DNA of 64,000 nt. It comes from Escherichia phage MLF4. Positions 26,677 to 36,062 of this stretch are shown one piece after another. The stretch lies in the sequence record NC_055780.1; one strand, given 5' to 3'. The notes under the pieces are model-generated. The model had not been told where the DNA came from, did no database searches, and saw only the letters and a program-made list of their open reading frames with translations. Both the position numbers and the translations under genes were made by a program. The stretch's first letter is position 1. The number at the start of each line of letters is the position of its first letter.

Positions 26677-29373
26677 ATGAAAGAATTTTATATCTCTATT
26701 GAAACAGTCGGAAATAACATTGTTGAACGTTATATTGATGAAAACGGAAAGGAACGTACTCGTGAAGTAGAATATCTTCCAACTATGTTTAGACATTGTA
26801 AGGAAGAGTCAAAGTACAAAGACATCTATGGTAAAAACTGTGCTCCTCAAAAATTTCCATCAATGAAAGATGCTCGAGATTGGATGAAACGAATGGAAGA
26901 CATCGGTCTCGAAGCTCTCGGTATGAACGATTTTAAACTCGCTTATATCAGTGATACATATGGTTCAGAAATTGTTTATGACCGAAAATTTGTTCGTGTA
27001 GCTAACTGTGACATTGAGGTTACTGGTGATAAATTTCCTGACCCAATGAAAGCTGAATATGAAATTGATGCTATCACTCATTACGATTCAATTGATGATC
27101 GTTTTTATGTTTTCGACCTTTTGAATTCAATGTACGGTTCAGTATCAAAATGGGATGCAAAGTTAGCTGCTAAGCTTGACTGTGAAGGTGGTGATGAAGT
27201 TCCTCAAGAAATTCTTGACCGAGTAATTTATATGCCATTCGATAATGAGCGTGATATGCTCATGGAATATATTAATCTTTGGGAACAGAAACGACCTGCT
27301 ATTTTTACTGGTTGGAATATTGAGGGATTTGACGTTCCGTATATCATGAATCGTGTTAAAATGGTTCTTGGTGAACGCAGTATGAAACGCTTCTCTCCAA
27401 TCGGTCGAGTAAAATCTAAACTTATCCAAAATATGTACGGTAGCAAAGAAATTTATTCTATTGATGGCGTATCTATTCTTGATTATTTAGATTTGTATAA
27501 GAAATTCGCATTTACTAATTTGCCGTCATTCTCTTTGGAATCAGTTGCTCAGCATGAAACCAAAAAAGGTAAATTACCATACGACGGTCCTATTAATAAA
27601 CTTCGTGAGACTAATCATCAGCGATACATTAGTTATAACATCATTGACGTAGAATCAGTTCAAGCGATTGATAAAATTCGTGGGTTTATCGATCTAGTTT
27701 TAAGTATGTCTTATTACGCTAAAATGCCTTTTTCTGGTGTAATGAGTCCCATTAAAACTTGGGATGCTATTATTTTTAACTCATTGAAAGGTGAACATAA
27801 GGTTATTCCTCAACAAGGTTCACACGTTAAACAGAGTTTTCCGGGTGCATTTGTGTTTGAACCTAAACCAATTGCTCGTCGATATATTATGAGTTTTGAC
27901 TTGACGTCTCTGTATCCGAGCATTATTCGTCAGGTTAACATTAGTCCTGAGACTATTCGTGGTCAGTTTAAAGTTCATCCAATTCATGAATATATCGCAG
28001 GAACAGCTCCTAAGCCAAGTGAAGAATATTCTTGTTCTCCGAATGGATGGATGTACGATAAGCATCAAGAAGGTATCATTCCAAAGGAAATCGCTAAAGT
28101 ATTTTTCCAGCGTAAAGATTGGAAAAAGAAAATGTTCGCTGAAGAAATGAATGCCGAAGCTATTAAAAAGATTATTATGAAAGGCGCAGGGTCTTGTTCA
28201 ACTAAACCTGAAGTTGAACGATATGTTAAGTTCAGTGATGATTTCTTAAATGAACTATCGAATTATACTGAATCTGTTCTCAATAGTTTGATTGAAGAAT
28301 GTGAAAAAGCAGCTACACTTGCTAACACAAATCAGCTGAACCGTAAAATTCTTATTAACAGTCTTTACGGTGCTCTTGGTAATATTCATTTCCGTTACTA
28401 TGATTTGCGAAATGCTACTGCTATCACAATTTTCGGCCAAGTTGGTATTCAGTGGATTGCTCGTAAAATTAATGAGTATCTGAATAAAGTATGTGGAACT
28501 AATGGCGAAGATTTCATCGCAGCAGGTGATACTGATTCGGTATATGTTTGTGTAGATAAAGTTATTGAAAAAGTTGGTCTTGACCGATTCAAAGAGCAGA
28601 ACGATTTAGTTGAATTCATGAATCAGTTCGGTAAGAAAAAGATGGAACCTATGATTGATGTTGCATATCGTGAGTTATGTGATTATATGAATAACCGCGA
28701 GCATCTGATGCATATGGACCGTGAAGCTATTTCTTGCCCTCCACTTGGTTCAAAGGGCGTTGGTGGATTTTGGAAAGCGAAAAAGCGTTATGCTCTGAAC
28801 GTTTATGATATGGAAGATAAGCGATTTGCTGAACCGCATCTAAAAATCATGGGTATGGAAACTCAGCAAAGTTCAACGCCTAAAGCGGTCCAAGAAGCTC
28901 TTGAAGAAAGTATCCGTCGTATTCTTCAAGAAGGCGAAGAGTCTGTTCAAGAATATTATAAGAACTTTGAGAAAGAATATCGTCAACTTGACTATAAAGT
29001 TATTGCTGAAGTAAAAACTGCGAACGATATAGCGAAATATGATGATAAAGGTTGGCCAGGATTTAAATGTCCGTTCCATATTCGTGGTGTGCTAACTTAT
29101 CGTCGAGCTGTTAACGGTTTAGGGGTAGCTCCAATTTTGGATGGAAATAAAGTAATGGTTCTTCCATTGCGTGAAGGAAATCCATTTGGTGACAAGTGCA
29201 TTGCTTGGCCGTCGGGCACAGAACTTCCAAAAGAAATTCGTTCTGACGTACTGTCTTGGATTGACTACTCAACTTTGTTCCAAAAATCGTTTGTTAAACC
29301 GCTTGCAGGCATGTGTGAATCGGCAGGTATGGACTATGAAGAAAAAGCTTCGTTAGACTTCCTGTTTGGCTGA
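26677..29373 (+). CDS. 43: DNA polymerase gp43 (family B, with 3-prime-5-prime exonuclease)
   Basis: 898 codons; exo motifs (FDIE, YNIIDV), pol motifs (DxxSLYPSII, KILINSLYG, YGDTDS); recognised as T4 gp43. Confidence 0.95.
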   Translation: MKEFYISIETVGNNIVERYIDENGKERTREVEYLPTMFRHCKEESKYKDIYGKNCAPQKFPSMKDARDWMKRMEDIGLEALGMNDFKLAYISDTYGSEIVYDRKFVRVANCDIEVTGDKFPDPMKAEYEIDAITHYDSIDDRFYVFDLLNSMYGSVSKWDAKLAAKLDCEGGDEVPQEILDRVIYMPFDNERDMLMEYINLWEQKRPAIFTGWNIEGFDVPYIMNRVKMVLGERSMKRFSPIGRVKSKLIQNMYGSKEIYSIDGVSILDYLDLYKKFAFTNLPSFSLESVAQHETKKGKLPYDGPINKLRETNHQRYISYNIIDVESVQAIDKIRGFIDLVLSMSYYAKMPFSGVMSPIKTWDAIIFNSLKGEHKVIPQQGSHVKQSFPGAFVFEPKPIARRYIMSFDLTSLYPSIIRQVNISPETIRGQFKVHPIHEYIAGTAPKPSEEYSCSPNGWMYDKHQEGIIPKEIAKVFFQRKDWKKKMFAEEMNAEAIKKIIMKGAGSCSTKPEVERYVKFSDDFLNELSNYTESVLNSLIEECEKAATLANTNQLNRKILINSLYGALGNIHFRYYDLRNATAITIFGQVGIQWIARKINEYLNKVCGTNGEDFIAAGDTDSVYVCVDKVIEKVGLDRFKEQNDLVEFMNQFGKKKMEPMIDVAYRELCDYMNNREHLMHMDREAISCPPLGSKGVGGFWKAKKRYALNVYDMEDKRFAEPHLKIMGMETQQSSTPKAVQEALEESIRRILQEGEESVQEYYKNFEKEYRQLDYKVIAEVKTANDIAKYDDKGWPGFKCPFHIRGVLTYRRAVNGLGVAPILDGNKVMVLPLREGNPFGDKCIAWPSGTELPKEIRSDVLSWIDYSTLFQKSFVKPLAGMCESAGMDYEEKASLDFLFG

Positions 29374-29386
29374 TAGAATAAATCTA

Positions 29387-29408
29387 GGGACCTCCGGGTC
29401 CCTTTTTC
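29387..29408 (+). terminator. intrinsic terminator (GGGACC-TCCG-GGTCCC + T5)
   Basis: Perfect hairpin plus TTTTT after gene 43 stop. Confidence 0.7.
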
Positions 29409-29488
29409 ACACAAGTAATATAAATCTATACTTAGGAAAAATAGATGATTCTGGACCTTTAGAATTCCCTAAAAAATTTCACAAAACT

Positions 29489-29518
29489 GTTTACAAGACT
29501 GTTCTTCCATGGTACTAT
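29489..29518 (+). promoter_or_regulatory. T4-type early promoter
   Basis: GTTTACA + 17 bp + TGGTACTAT, then leader ATCAACTACTGATACAG. Confidence 0.65.
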
Positions 29519-29555
29519 ACAACTATCAACTACTGATACAGATTTGGAGAATAAA

Positions 29556-29792
29556 ATGAAAATTGTTATGGGATGCTTAGCAGTTTGTTTAGTTGCATTA
29601 GCAGCAGTTCCATTTGTTAGTGTTGAAAATGATACTCAACCTGTGATTGAATCTAGCACCGTTATTCACACTAATGGTAAAATATCAGTTAAAATTGATG
29701 ATAATCTTCATGTGAATACAAATGGGTCTTTAGGTGTGCAAATGGGTAATATCTGCATAAGCACTACTGGAGTAATTACTACTTGCATTTGA
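29556..29792 (+). CDS. hypothetical secreted protein (78 aa)
   Basis: N-terminal signal-peptide-like segment MKIVMGCLAVCLVALAAVPF; SD GGAGAATAAAATG. Confidence 0.45.
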   Translation: MKIVMGCLAVCLVALAAVPFVSVENDTQPVIESSTVIHTNGKISVKIDDNLHVNTNGSLGVQMGNICISTTGVITTCI

Positions 29793-29802
29793 GGAAATTA
29801 TT

Positions 29803-30183
29803 ATGAAAATCGCTATTTTGGTTATTGCATTAGGTCTTACTGGTTGTGTAGCTCAAGGACCGGTAGTAAATCAGTCTGATGTAGGAAAAATTGTAAACTG
29901 TTCAAGCAAATTTTATAATCCTAATGTCAAGTGTTATAAAGAAGCTCCAAAGCAAACAGTAGAACAAATGCAGGCAAATTTTGACGAAGCTATTCGTCCA
30001 GATGAATCTGCTCAAGCATATCGTAATTCGGATGTAATTACACGCGAAGAAAAAATTGAAAACTACTGCGCCGAGCTTTGGGCAAATTGGGCTAATAATT
30101 ACCAATGGCGTACCGGTAAAAATGCTCCGATGGAGTATGTAGTGAATTCTTATAATTCATGTGTAAAAAATTTGACTAAGTGA
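29803..30183 (+). CDS. putative lipoprotein (126 aa)
   Basis: Signal peptide with lipobox LTGC (MKIAILVIALGLTGCVAQ); SD GAGGAAATTATTATG. Confidence 0.5.
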   Translation: MKIAILVIALGLTGCVAQGPVVNQSDVGKIVNCSSKFYNPNVKCYKEAPKQTVEQMQANFDEAIRPDESAQAYRNSDVITREEKIENYCAELWANWANNYQWRTGKNAPMEYVVNSYNSCVKNLTK

Positions 30184-30190
30184 GGAAAAC

Positions 30191-30442
30191 ATGGAAACTT
30201 TAGTAGCAGGTTCAATTTTTATGGTTTTAGTTTCAGGTGTGTTGGCTATTATTATATACATGCTTCCATGGTTTATTGCCTTGATGCGTGGGTCAAAATC
30301 GACAGTAGGAATCTTTTTCACATCTTTACTGTTTAACTGGTCAATTATTGGTTGGTTTATTACATTTATTTGGTCAATTGCTGGTGAAACTAAAAAGTCT
30401 GCACAACCAAATCAGGTAATTATCATCAGAGAGAAGGAATGA
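30191..30442 (+). CDS. imm: superinfection immunity protein Imm
   Basis: 83-aa two-helix membrane protein at the conserved position upstream of gene 42; matches length and character of T4 Imm. Confidence 0.7.
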   Translation: METLVAGSIFMVLVSGVLAIIIYMLPWFIALMRGSKSTVGIFFTSLLFNWSIIGWFITFIWSIAGETKKSAQPNQVIIIREKE

Positions 30443-30588
30443 AAAGCAAAATTATAGCAGTGTTGCTTTTAATCTTGATGATTATAATAAGTATATACTA
30501 TAGTGTAACGGTTCCTCTTATGATTCCAACTATTATTTTAGGTTGGGGTTTATTACTGTTACAAGTTAAATATGAATGTATCAATTGA
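30439..30588 (+). CDS. hypothetical small membrane protein (49 aa)
   Basis: ATGA overlap with imm stop; hydrophobic; below track cut-off. Confidence 0.3.
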   Translation: MKSKIIAVLLLILMIIISIYYSVTVPLMIPTIILGWGLLLLQVKYECIN

Positions 30589-30595
30589 GGTTTAA

Positions 30596-31336
30596 ATGAT
30601 TAGTGACTCTATGACAGTTGAAGAAATCCGTCTTCATTTGGGGCTTGCATTAAAAGAAAAAGATTTCGTAGTTGATAAAACTGGTGTTAAAACTATTGAA
30701 ATTATTGGCGCATCATTTGTAGCAGATGAACCGTTTATTTTTGGTGCTCTTAATGATGAATACATTCAGCGTGAACTTGAATGGTATAAATCTAAGAGCT
30801 TGTTTGTTAAAGATATTCCAGGTGAAACACCAAAGATTTGGCAGCAGGTAGCATCTTCTAAAGGCGAAATTAACTCGAATTATGGTTGGGCTATCTGGTC
30901 AGAAGATAACTATGCTCAATATGATATGTGTTTAGCTGAACTTGGTCAAAATCCTGATTCTCGACGTGGTATCATGATTTATACTCGTCCATCCATGCAA
31001 TTTGACTACAATAAAGATGGTATGTCAGATTTCATGTGTACGAATACAGTACAGTATCTGATTCGTGATAAGAAAGTCAATGCAGTAGTAAGCATGCGCT
31101 CAAATGACGTGGTCTTCGGATTCCGTAATGATTATGCATGGCAAAAATACGTATTAGATAAATTAGTATCTGATTTGAATGCAGGCGATTCAACTCGTCA
31201 GTATAAAGCAGGTTCTATTATATGGAATGTTGGAAGTCTTCATGTATATTCTCGTCATTTTTACTTGGTTGATCATTGGTGGAATACTGGCGAAACTCAT
31301 ATTGTGAAAAAAGATTATAACGGTGAGTGGAAATGA
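30596..31336 (+). CDS. 42: dCMP hydroxymethylase gp42
   Basis: 246-aa product MISDSMTVEEIRLHLGLALKEKDFVVDKTGVKTIEIIGASF... recognised as T4 gp42. Confidence 0.92.
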   Translation: MISDSMTVEEIRLHLGLALKEKDFVVDKTGVKTIEIIGASFVADEPFIFGALNDEYIQRELEWYKSKSLFVKDIPGETPKIWQQVASSKGEINSNYGWAIWSEDNYAQYDMCLAELGQNPDSRRGIMIYTRPSMQFDYNKDGMSDFMCTNTVQYLIRDKKVNAVVSMRSNDVVFGFRNDYAWQKYVLDKLVSDLNAGDSTRQYKAGSIIWNVGSLHVYSRHFYLVDHWWNTGETHIVKKDYNGEWK

Positions 31337-32175
31337 TTCAATTCGTAATTCCAAGTTATCAGCGTGTCGGGGCAGTTTCTGCCCTTGATATGTTTCCGAC
31401 TGATTATGAACCCCATATTGTAGTGCGTGAACATGAAGAAAAAGCTTATCATGACGCTTATGGGTCTAGAGCTAAAATTATAACTATTCCTGATGATGTA
31501 AACGGAATTGCCGGTACTCGTAAAGCAATTACTGATATGTATGCAGGTCAACGAATCTGGATGATTGACGATGATACTACTATTCGTATGAGTTCAATGC
31601 GAAAAAGAGATGATCGTCGTTGTGTAGATAAAGTCAATCAATTGACTCATGAACAGTTCTATGAATTGATTCAATACGTCGAAGATGCCATGGATTGCGG
31701 GTATTATCACGGTCATGCTCGCCTACCAATTTTTAAAATTACTTCATCTTGGGGTAATTATCGTGAAAACTCATATGGATTCACGAATACATGGTATGAC
31801 CTCGGAAAACTTACGACAGAACAAATTGGGTATGGAAAAATTGATTTGTGCGAAGATATGTATGCATTTCTCAATTTAATTAATCAAGGTTATCCGCATT
31901 TGGCCTTGTTCAAATATCTGGTTGTATCTGGAAAAGCACAAGCTCCTGGCGGGTGCAGTTCAATTCGTAGTAATTCTAAACATAATAGAGCGCTTGAGCA
32001 AATCAATAGAGAGTTTCCAGAGCAAGCTCGTTGGAAAACTTCTAATATTGAAAAACGAAAATCGTTGGGTGAAGAAGACGAGCCATTAAAGGTTCTTCGC
32101 ATGTGTGTTTCACGTAAAGAAAAATCAGAAGCATTTCATAAGTTTAATGCTATTCATCCAATAGCAGTTGATTAA
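31333..32175 (+). CDS. putative DNA glycosyltransferase (DxD type) at the beta-gt locus; candidate beta-glucosyl-HMC-alpha-glucosyltransferase
   Basis: 280 aa from ATG overlapping gene 42 stop; IWMIDDDTTI DxD motif; does not resemble my recollection of T4 beta-gt (351 aa). Confidence 0.5.
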   Translation: MIQFVIPSYQRVGAVSALDMFPTDYEPHIVVREHEEKAYHDAYGSRAKIITIPDDVNGIAGTRKAITDMYAGQRIWMIDDDTTIRMSSMRKRDDRRCVDKVNQLTHEQFYELIQYVEDAMDCGYYHGHARLPIFKITSSWGNYRENSYGFTNTWYDLGKLTTEQIGYGKIDLCEDMYAFLNLINQGYPHLALFKYLVVSGKAQAPGGCSSIRSNSKHNRALEQINREFPEQARWKTSNIEKRKSLGEEDEPLKVLRMCVSRKEKSEAFHKFNAIHPIAVD

Positions 32176-32252
32176 TGCCTAAATTTATTGTGTTATAATT
32201 ACTCTATCTTTAACCAGTGAGGAAAATATAATGATGCCTATGGAAAAAATGA

Positions 32253-33434
32253 ATGTCTATTGCAGATTTAAAATCCCGTTTGATTAAAGCTTCCACTTCT
32301 AAAATGACTGCTGAACTGACTACATCTAAATTCTTTAATGAAAAGGATGTAATCCGTACAAAAATTCCAATGCTTAATATTGCTATTTCTGGTGCGATTG
32401 ATGGCGGTATGCAGTCTGGTTTAACTATTTTCGCAGGGCCTTCTAAACACTTTAAATCAAATATGTCTTTGACTATGGTTGCGGCATATTTGAACAAATA
32501 TCCTGACGCAGTTTGTCTATTCTATGATAGCGAATTTGGTATTACTCCAGCTTATTTGCGATCCATGGGGGTTGACCCAGAACGAGTAATTCATACGCCA
32601 ATCCAGTCAGTTGAACAGCTGAAAATTGATATGGTGAACCAGCTTGAAGCTATTGAGCGTGGTGAAAAGGTTATTGTATTCATCGACTCAATTGGTAATA
32701 TGGCTTCTAAGAAAGAAACGGAAGATGCCTTGAATGAAAAATCTGTGGCAGATATGACTCGTGCTAAATCGCTGAAGTCATTATTCCGTATTGTTACTCC
32801 TTATTTTAGTATTAAAAATATTCCATGTGTTGCGGTTAACCATACAATTGAAACAATTGAAATGTTTAGTAAAACCGTGATGACAGGTGGTACAGGCGTA
32901 ATGTATTCGGCTGATACCGTATTCATTATCGGTAAACGCCAGATTAAAGATGGTTCTGATCTTCAGGGGTATCAATTTGTTCTAAATGTAGAAAAATCTC
33001 GTACCGTTAAAGAAAAAAGTAAATTCTTTATTGATGTTAAATTTGACGGCGGTATCGATCCTTATTCTGGATTGTTAGATATGGCTCTAGAATTAGGATT
33101 CGTGGTAAAACCTAAAAATGGTTGGTATGCTCGTGAATTTCTTGATGAAGAAACCGGTGAGATGATTCGCGAAGAAAAATCTTGGCGTGCAAAAGATACT
33201 AACTGCACTACATTCTGGGGTCCTTTATTTAAGCATCAACCATTCCGAGATGCTATTAAACGTGCTTATCAGTTAGGTGCTATTGATAGTAATGAAATTG
33301 TTGAAGCTGAAGTTGATGAATTGATTAACTCAAAGGTTGAAAAATTTAAATCTCCAGAAAGTAAAAGTAAATCAGCAGCTGATTTAGAAACTGACCTCGA
33401 GCAGTTAAGTGATATGGAAGAATTTAATGAATAA
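32253..33434 (+). CDS. uvsX: recombinase UvsX (RecA-like)
   Basis: 393 codons; MSIADLKSRLIKASTSKMTAEL..., Walker A GPSKHFKS; close to my recollection of T4 UvsX (391 aa). Confidence 0.9.
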   Translation: MSIADLKSRLIKASTSKMTAELTTSKFFNEKDVIRTKIPMLNIAISGAIDGGMQSGLTIFAGPSKHFKSNMSLTMVAAYLNKYPDAVCLFYDSEFGITPAYLRSMGVDPERVIHTPIQSVEQLKIDMVNQLEAIERGEKVIVFIDSIGNMASKKETEDALNEKSVADMTRAKSLKSLFRIVTPYFSIKNIPCVAVNHTIETIEMFSKTVMTGGTGVMYSADTVFIIGKRQIKDGSDLQGYQFVLNVEKSRTVKEKSKFFIDVKFDGGIDPYSGLLDMALELGFVVKPKNGWYAREFLDEETGEMIREEKSWRAKDTNCTTFWGPLFKHQPFRDAIKRAYQLGAIDSNEIVEAEVDELINSKVEKFKSPESKSKSAADLETDLEQLSDMEEFNE

Positions 33435-33771
33435 AGATGATTTAGACTTAGATCTAGAAATTATTGATGAATCCCCCTCTTCGGAGGGGGAAGAAGAAAG
33501 AAAAGAACGTCTTTTTAACGAGTCTCTTAAGATAATTAAATCTGCCATGGAAAATGTTATCCAGGAGATTGTCATTAAACTAGAAGATGGTTCTACACAC
33601 ATTGTGTATGTGACAAAATTAGATTGGGTTGATGGAAAGGTTGTAATGGACTTTGCTGTTCTTGACCAAGAAAGAAAAGCTGAGTTAGCTCCTCATGTAG
33701 AAAAATGTATTACAATGCAACTGCAAGATGCATTTAATAAAAGGTCAAAGAAAAAATTTAAATTCTTTTAA
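33427..33771 (+). CDS. 40: gp40 (head assembly accessory protein)
   Basis: Position between uvsX and 41 and size consistent with T4 gene 40; start taken at ATG overlapping uvsX stop. Confidence 0.55.
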   Translation: MNKDDLDLDLEIIDESPSSEGEEERKERLFNESLKIIKSAMENVIQEIVIKLEDGSTHIVYVTKLDWVDGKVVMDFAVLDQERKAELAPHVEKCITMQLQDAFNKRSKKKFKFF

Positions 33772-33780
33772 GGAGTAAGT

Positions 33781-35208
33781 GTGGTAGAAATTATTCTTTC
33801 TCATCTCATATTTGATCAAGCTTATTTTTCAAAAGTTTGGCCATATATGGATTCAGAATATTTTGAAAGTGGTCCAGCTAAAAATACATTCAAATTAATT
33901 AAATCCCATGTTAATGAGTATCATAGCGTTCCATCTATTAATGCGTTAAATGTTGCATTAGAAAATAGTTCATTTACTGAAACGGAATATTCTGGTGTAA
34001 AAACACTTATTTCAAAACTAGCCGATTCTCCAGAAGACCACAGCTGGTTAGTAAAAGAAACAGAAAAATATGTTCAGCAAAGGGCGATGTTTAATGCTAC
34101 ATCTAAAATAATTGAAATTCAAACTAATGCTGAGCTTCCTCCGGAAAAACGAAATAAGAAAATGCCGGATGTTGGTGCTATTCCTGACATCATGCGTCAA
34201 GCATTATCAATTTCATTTGATAGTTACGTTGGTCATGATTGGATGGATGACTACGAAGCACGTTGGTTATCTTATATGAATAAAGCTCGTAAGGTTCCAT
34301 TTAAACTCAAAATTCTAAATAAAATTACTAAAGGCGGAGCTGAAACTGGAACACTGAATGTTTTAATGGCTGGTGTTAACGTTGGTAAGTCATTAGGATT
34401 GTGTTCATTGGCAGCAGATTATTTGCAGCTCGGACATAATGTTCTTTACATTTCCATGGAAATGGCAGAAGAAGTCTGTGCTAAACGTATTGATGCTAAT
34501 ATGCTTGATGTTTCTCTTGATGACATTGATGATGGGCATATTTCTTACGCTGAGTATAAAGGAAAAATGGAAAAATGGCGTGAGAAATCTACTCTCGGTC
34601 GTTTAATTGTTAAACAGTACCCTACTGGTGGGGCAGATGCTAACACATTCAGGTCTCTCTTGAATGAATTGAAGCTCAAAAAGAATTTTGTTCCAACAAT
34701 CATTATTGTCGACTATCTAGGTATTTGTAAATCTTGCCGCATTAGAGTTTATTCAGAAAATAGTTACACAACTGTTAAAGCTATTGCAGAGGAATTGCGT
34801 GCTCTTGCTGTTGAAACCGAAACTGTTCTTTGGACTGCAGCGCAGGTCGGCAAACAAGCTTGGGATTCTTCTGATGTTAACATGAGCGATATTGCAGAAT
34901 CTGCCGGTCTTCCAGCAACAGCCGATTTTATGCTTGCGGTCATTGAAACCGAGGAGCTAGCAGCTGCTGAACAACAACTCATTAAGCAAATCAAATCACG
35001 ATATGGCGATAAGAACAAATGGAATAAGTTTTTGATGGGTGTTCAAAAGGGAAATCAGAAATGGGTAGAAATTGAACAAGATTCTACTCCAACTGAAGTG
35101 AACGAAGTAGCAGGTTCACAACAGATACAAGCTGAGCAGAATCGCTATCAAAGAAATGAATCCACTCGAGCTCAGTTAGATGCTTTGGCAAATGAATTAA
35201 AATTTTAG
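33781..35208 (+). CDS. 41: replicative DNA helicase gp41 (DnaB-like)
   Basis: 475 codons, GTG start; MVEIILSHLIFDQAYFSKVWPYMDSEYF..., Walker A GVNVGKS; recognised as T4 gp41. Confidence 0.9.
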   Translation: MVEIILSHLIFDQAYFSKVWPYMDSEYFESGPAKNTFKLIKSHVNEYHSVPSINALNVALENSSFTETEYSGVKTLISKLADSPEDHSWLVKETEKYVQQRAMFNATSKIIEIQTNAELPPEKRNKKMPDVGAIPDIMRQALSISFDSYVGHDWMDDYEARWLSYMNKARKVPFKLKILNKITKGGAETGTLNVLMAGVNVGKSLGLCSLAADYLQLGHNVLYISMEMAEEVCAKRIDANMLDVSLDDIDDGHISYAEYKGKMEKWREKSTLGRLIVKQYPTGGADANTFRSLLNELKLKKNFVPTIIIVDYLGICKSCRIRVYSENSYTTVKAIAEELRALAVETETVLWTAAQVGKQAWDSSDVNMSDIAESAGLPATADFMLAVIETEELAAAEQQLIKQIKSRYGDKNKWNKFLMGVQKGNQKWVEIEQDSTPTEVNEVAGSQQIQAEQNRYQRNESTRAQLDALANELKF

Positions 35209-35238
35209 TTTACAAGCTGACAAGACTATGGTATAGTA
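35209..35238 (+). promoter_or_regulatory. T4-type early promoter
   Basis: GTTTACA + 17 bp + TGGTATAGT. Confidence 0.55.
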
Positions 35239-35266
35239 GTCTTGTTGGTTAAATGAGGAGATTGTT

Positions 35267-35449
35267 ATGGAATTGGTAAAAGTAGTTTTTATGGGGTGGT
35301 TTAAGAACGAAAGTATGTTTACTAAAGAAATCACAATGATGAAAGATGACGTTCAATGGGCTACTACTCAATATGCTGAAGTTAATAAAGCATTAGTTAA
35401 AGCTTTCATTGATGACAAGAAAGTATGTGAAGTAGATTGCCGAGGATAA
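35267..35449 (+). CDS. dmd: Dmd (discriminator of mRNA degradation; antitoxin to RnlA/LsoA)
   Basis: 60-aa product MELVKVVFMGWFKNESMFTKEITMMKDDVQWATTQYAEV... recognised as T4 Dmd (gene 61.5). Confidence 0.85.
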   Translation: MELVKVVFMGWFKNESMFTKEITMMKDDVQWATTQYAEVNKALVKAFIDDKKVCEVDCRG

Positions 35450-35450
35450 T

Positions 35451-35708
35451 ATGCATATTGTTTTATTTAAACCTACTCCATATAACGTCAGGAAAAATAC
35501 GCAATTCAAAGCACTTATTGCAGATACATGGGAATTGGTGCTAGATATTCCAGCAGAAGAAAGTCCTCCATTTGGTCGAGTGGAATTTATTAAGTTTGCT
35601 GTACGTCCTACGAAGAGGCAGATTCGTCAATGCAAAAGATATTTTCGTAAGATCGTTAAGTTAGAGAAACAGTTTGTAACATGTGATTATGCAGAAGTTT
35701 TAAAATAA
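35451..35708 (+). CDS. hypothetical protein (85 aa)
   Basis: ATATGC overlap with dmd stop; basic ORF. Confidence 0.45.
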   Translation: MHIVLFKPTPYNVRKNTQFKALIADTWELVLDIPAEESPPFGRVEFIKFAVRPTKRQIRQCKRYFRKIVKLEKQFVTCDYAEVLK

Positions 35709-35768
35709 CTATTTACTTTTGTTGGAAATTGAGATACTATATAAACATAAACTACTGAGGAGATTATC

Positions 35769-36062
35769 ATGAAAAAATTTATTTTTGCTACAATTTTTGC
35801 TTTAGCTTCTTGTGCTGCTCAGCCTGCTATGGCAGGTTATGATAAAGATTTGTGTGAATGGTCTATGACTGCGGATCAGACTGAAGTTGAAACTCAAATT
35901 GAAGCAGATATTATGAATATCGTTGAGCGCGATCGCCCTGAAATGAAAGCTGAAGTGCAAAAACAGCTTAAGTCTGGTGGTGTAATGCAGTATAATTATG
36001 TTCTGTATTGCGATAAAAACTTTAATAACAAAAATATCATCGCTGAAGTGGTAGGTGAATAA
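35769..36062 (+). CDS. sp: Spackle periplasmic protein (superinfection exclusion / lysozyme inhibitor)
   Basis: 97 aa with signal peptide MKKFIFATIFALASCAAQPAMA; position and size match T4 sp (gene 61.3). Confidence 0.7.
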   Translation: MKKFIFATIFALASCAAQPAMAGYDKDLCEWSMTADQTEVETQIEADIMNIVERDRPEMKAEVQKQLKSGGVMQYNYVLYCDKNFNNKNIIAEVVGE

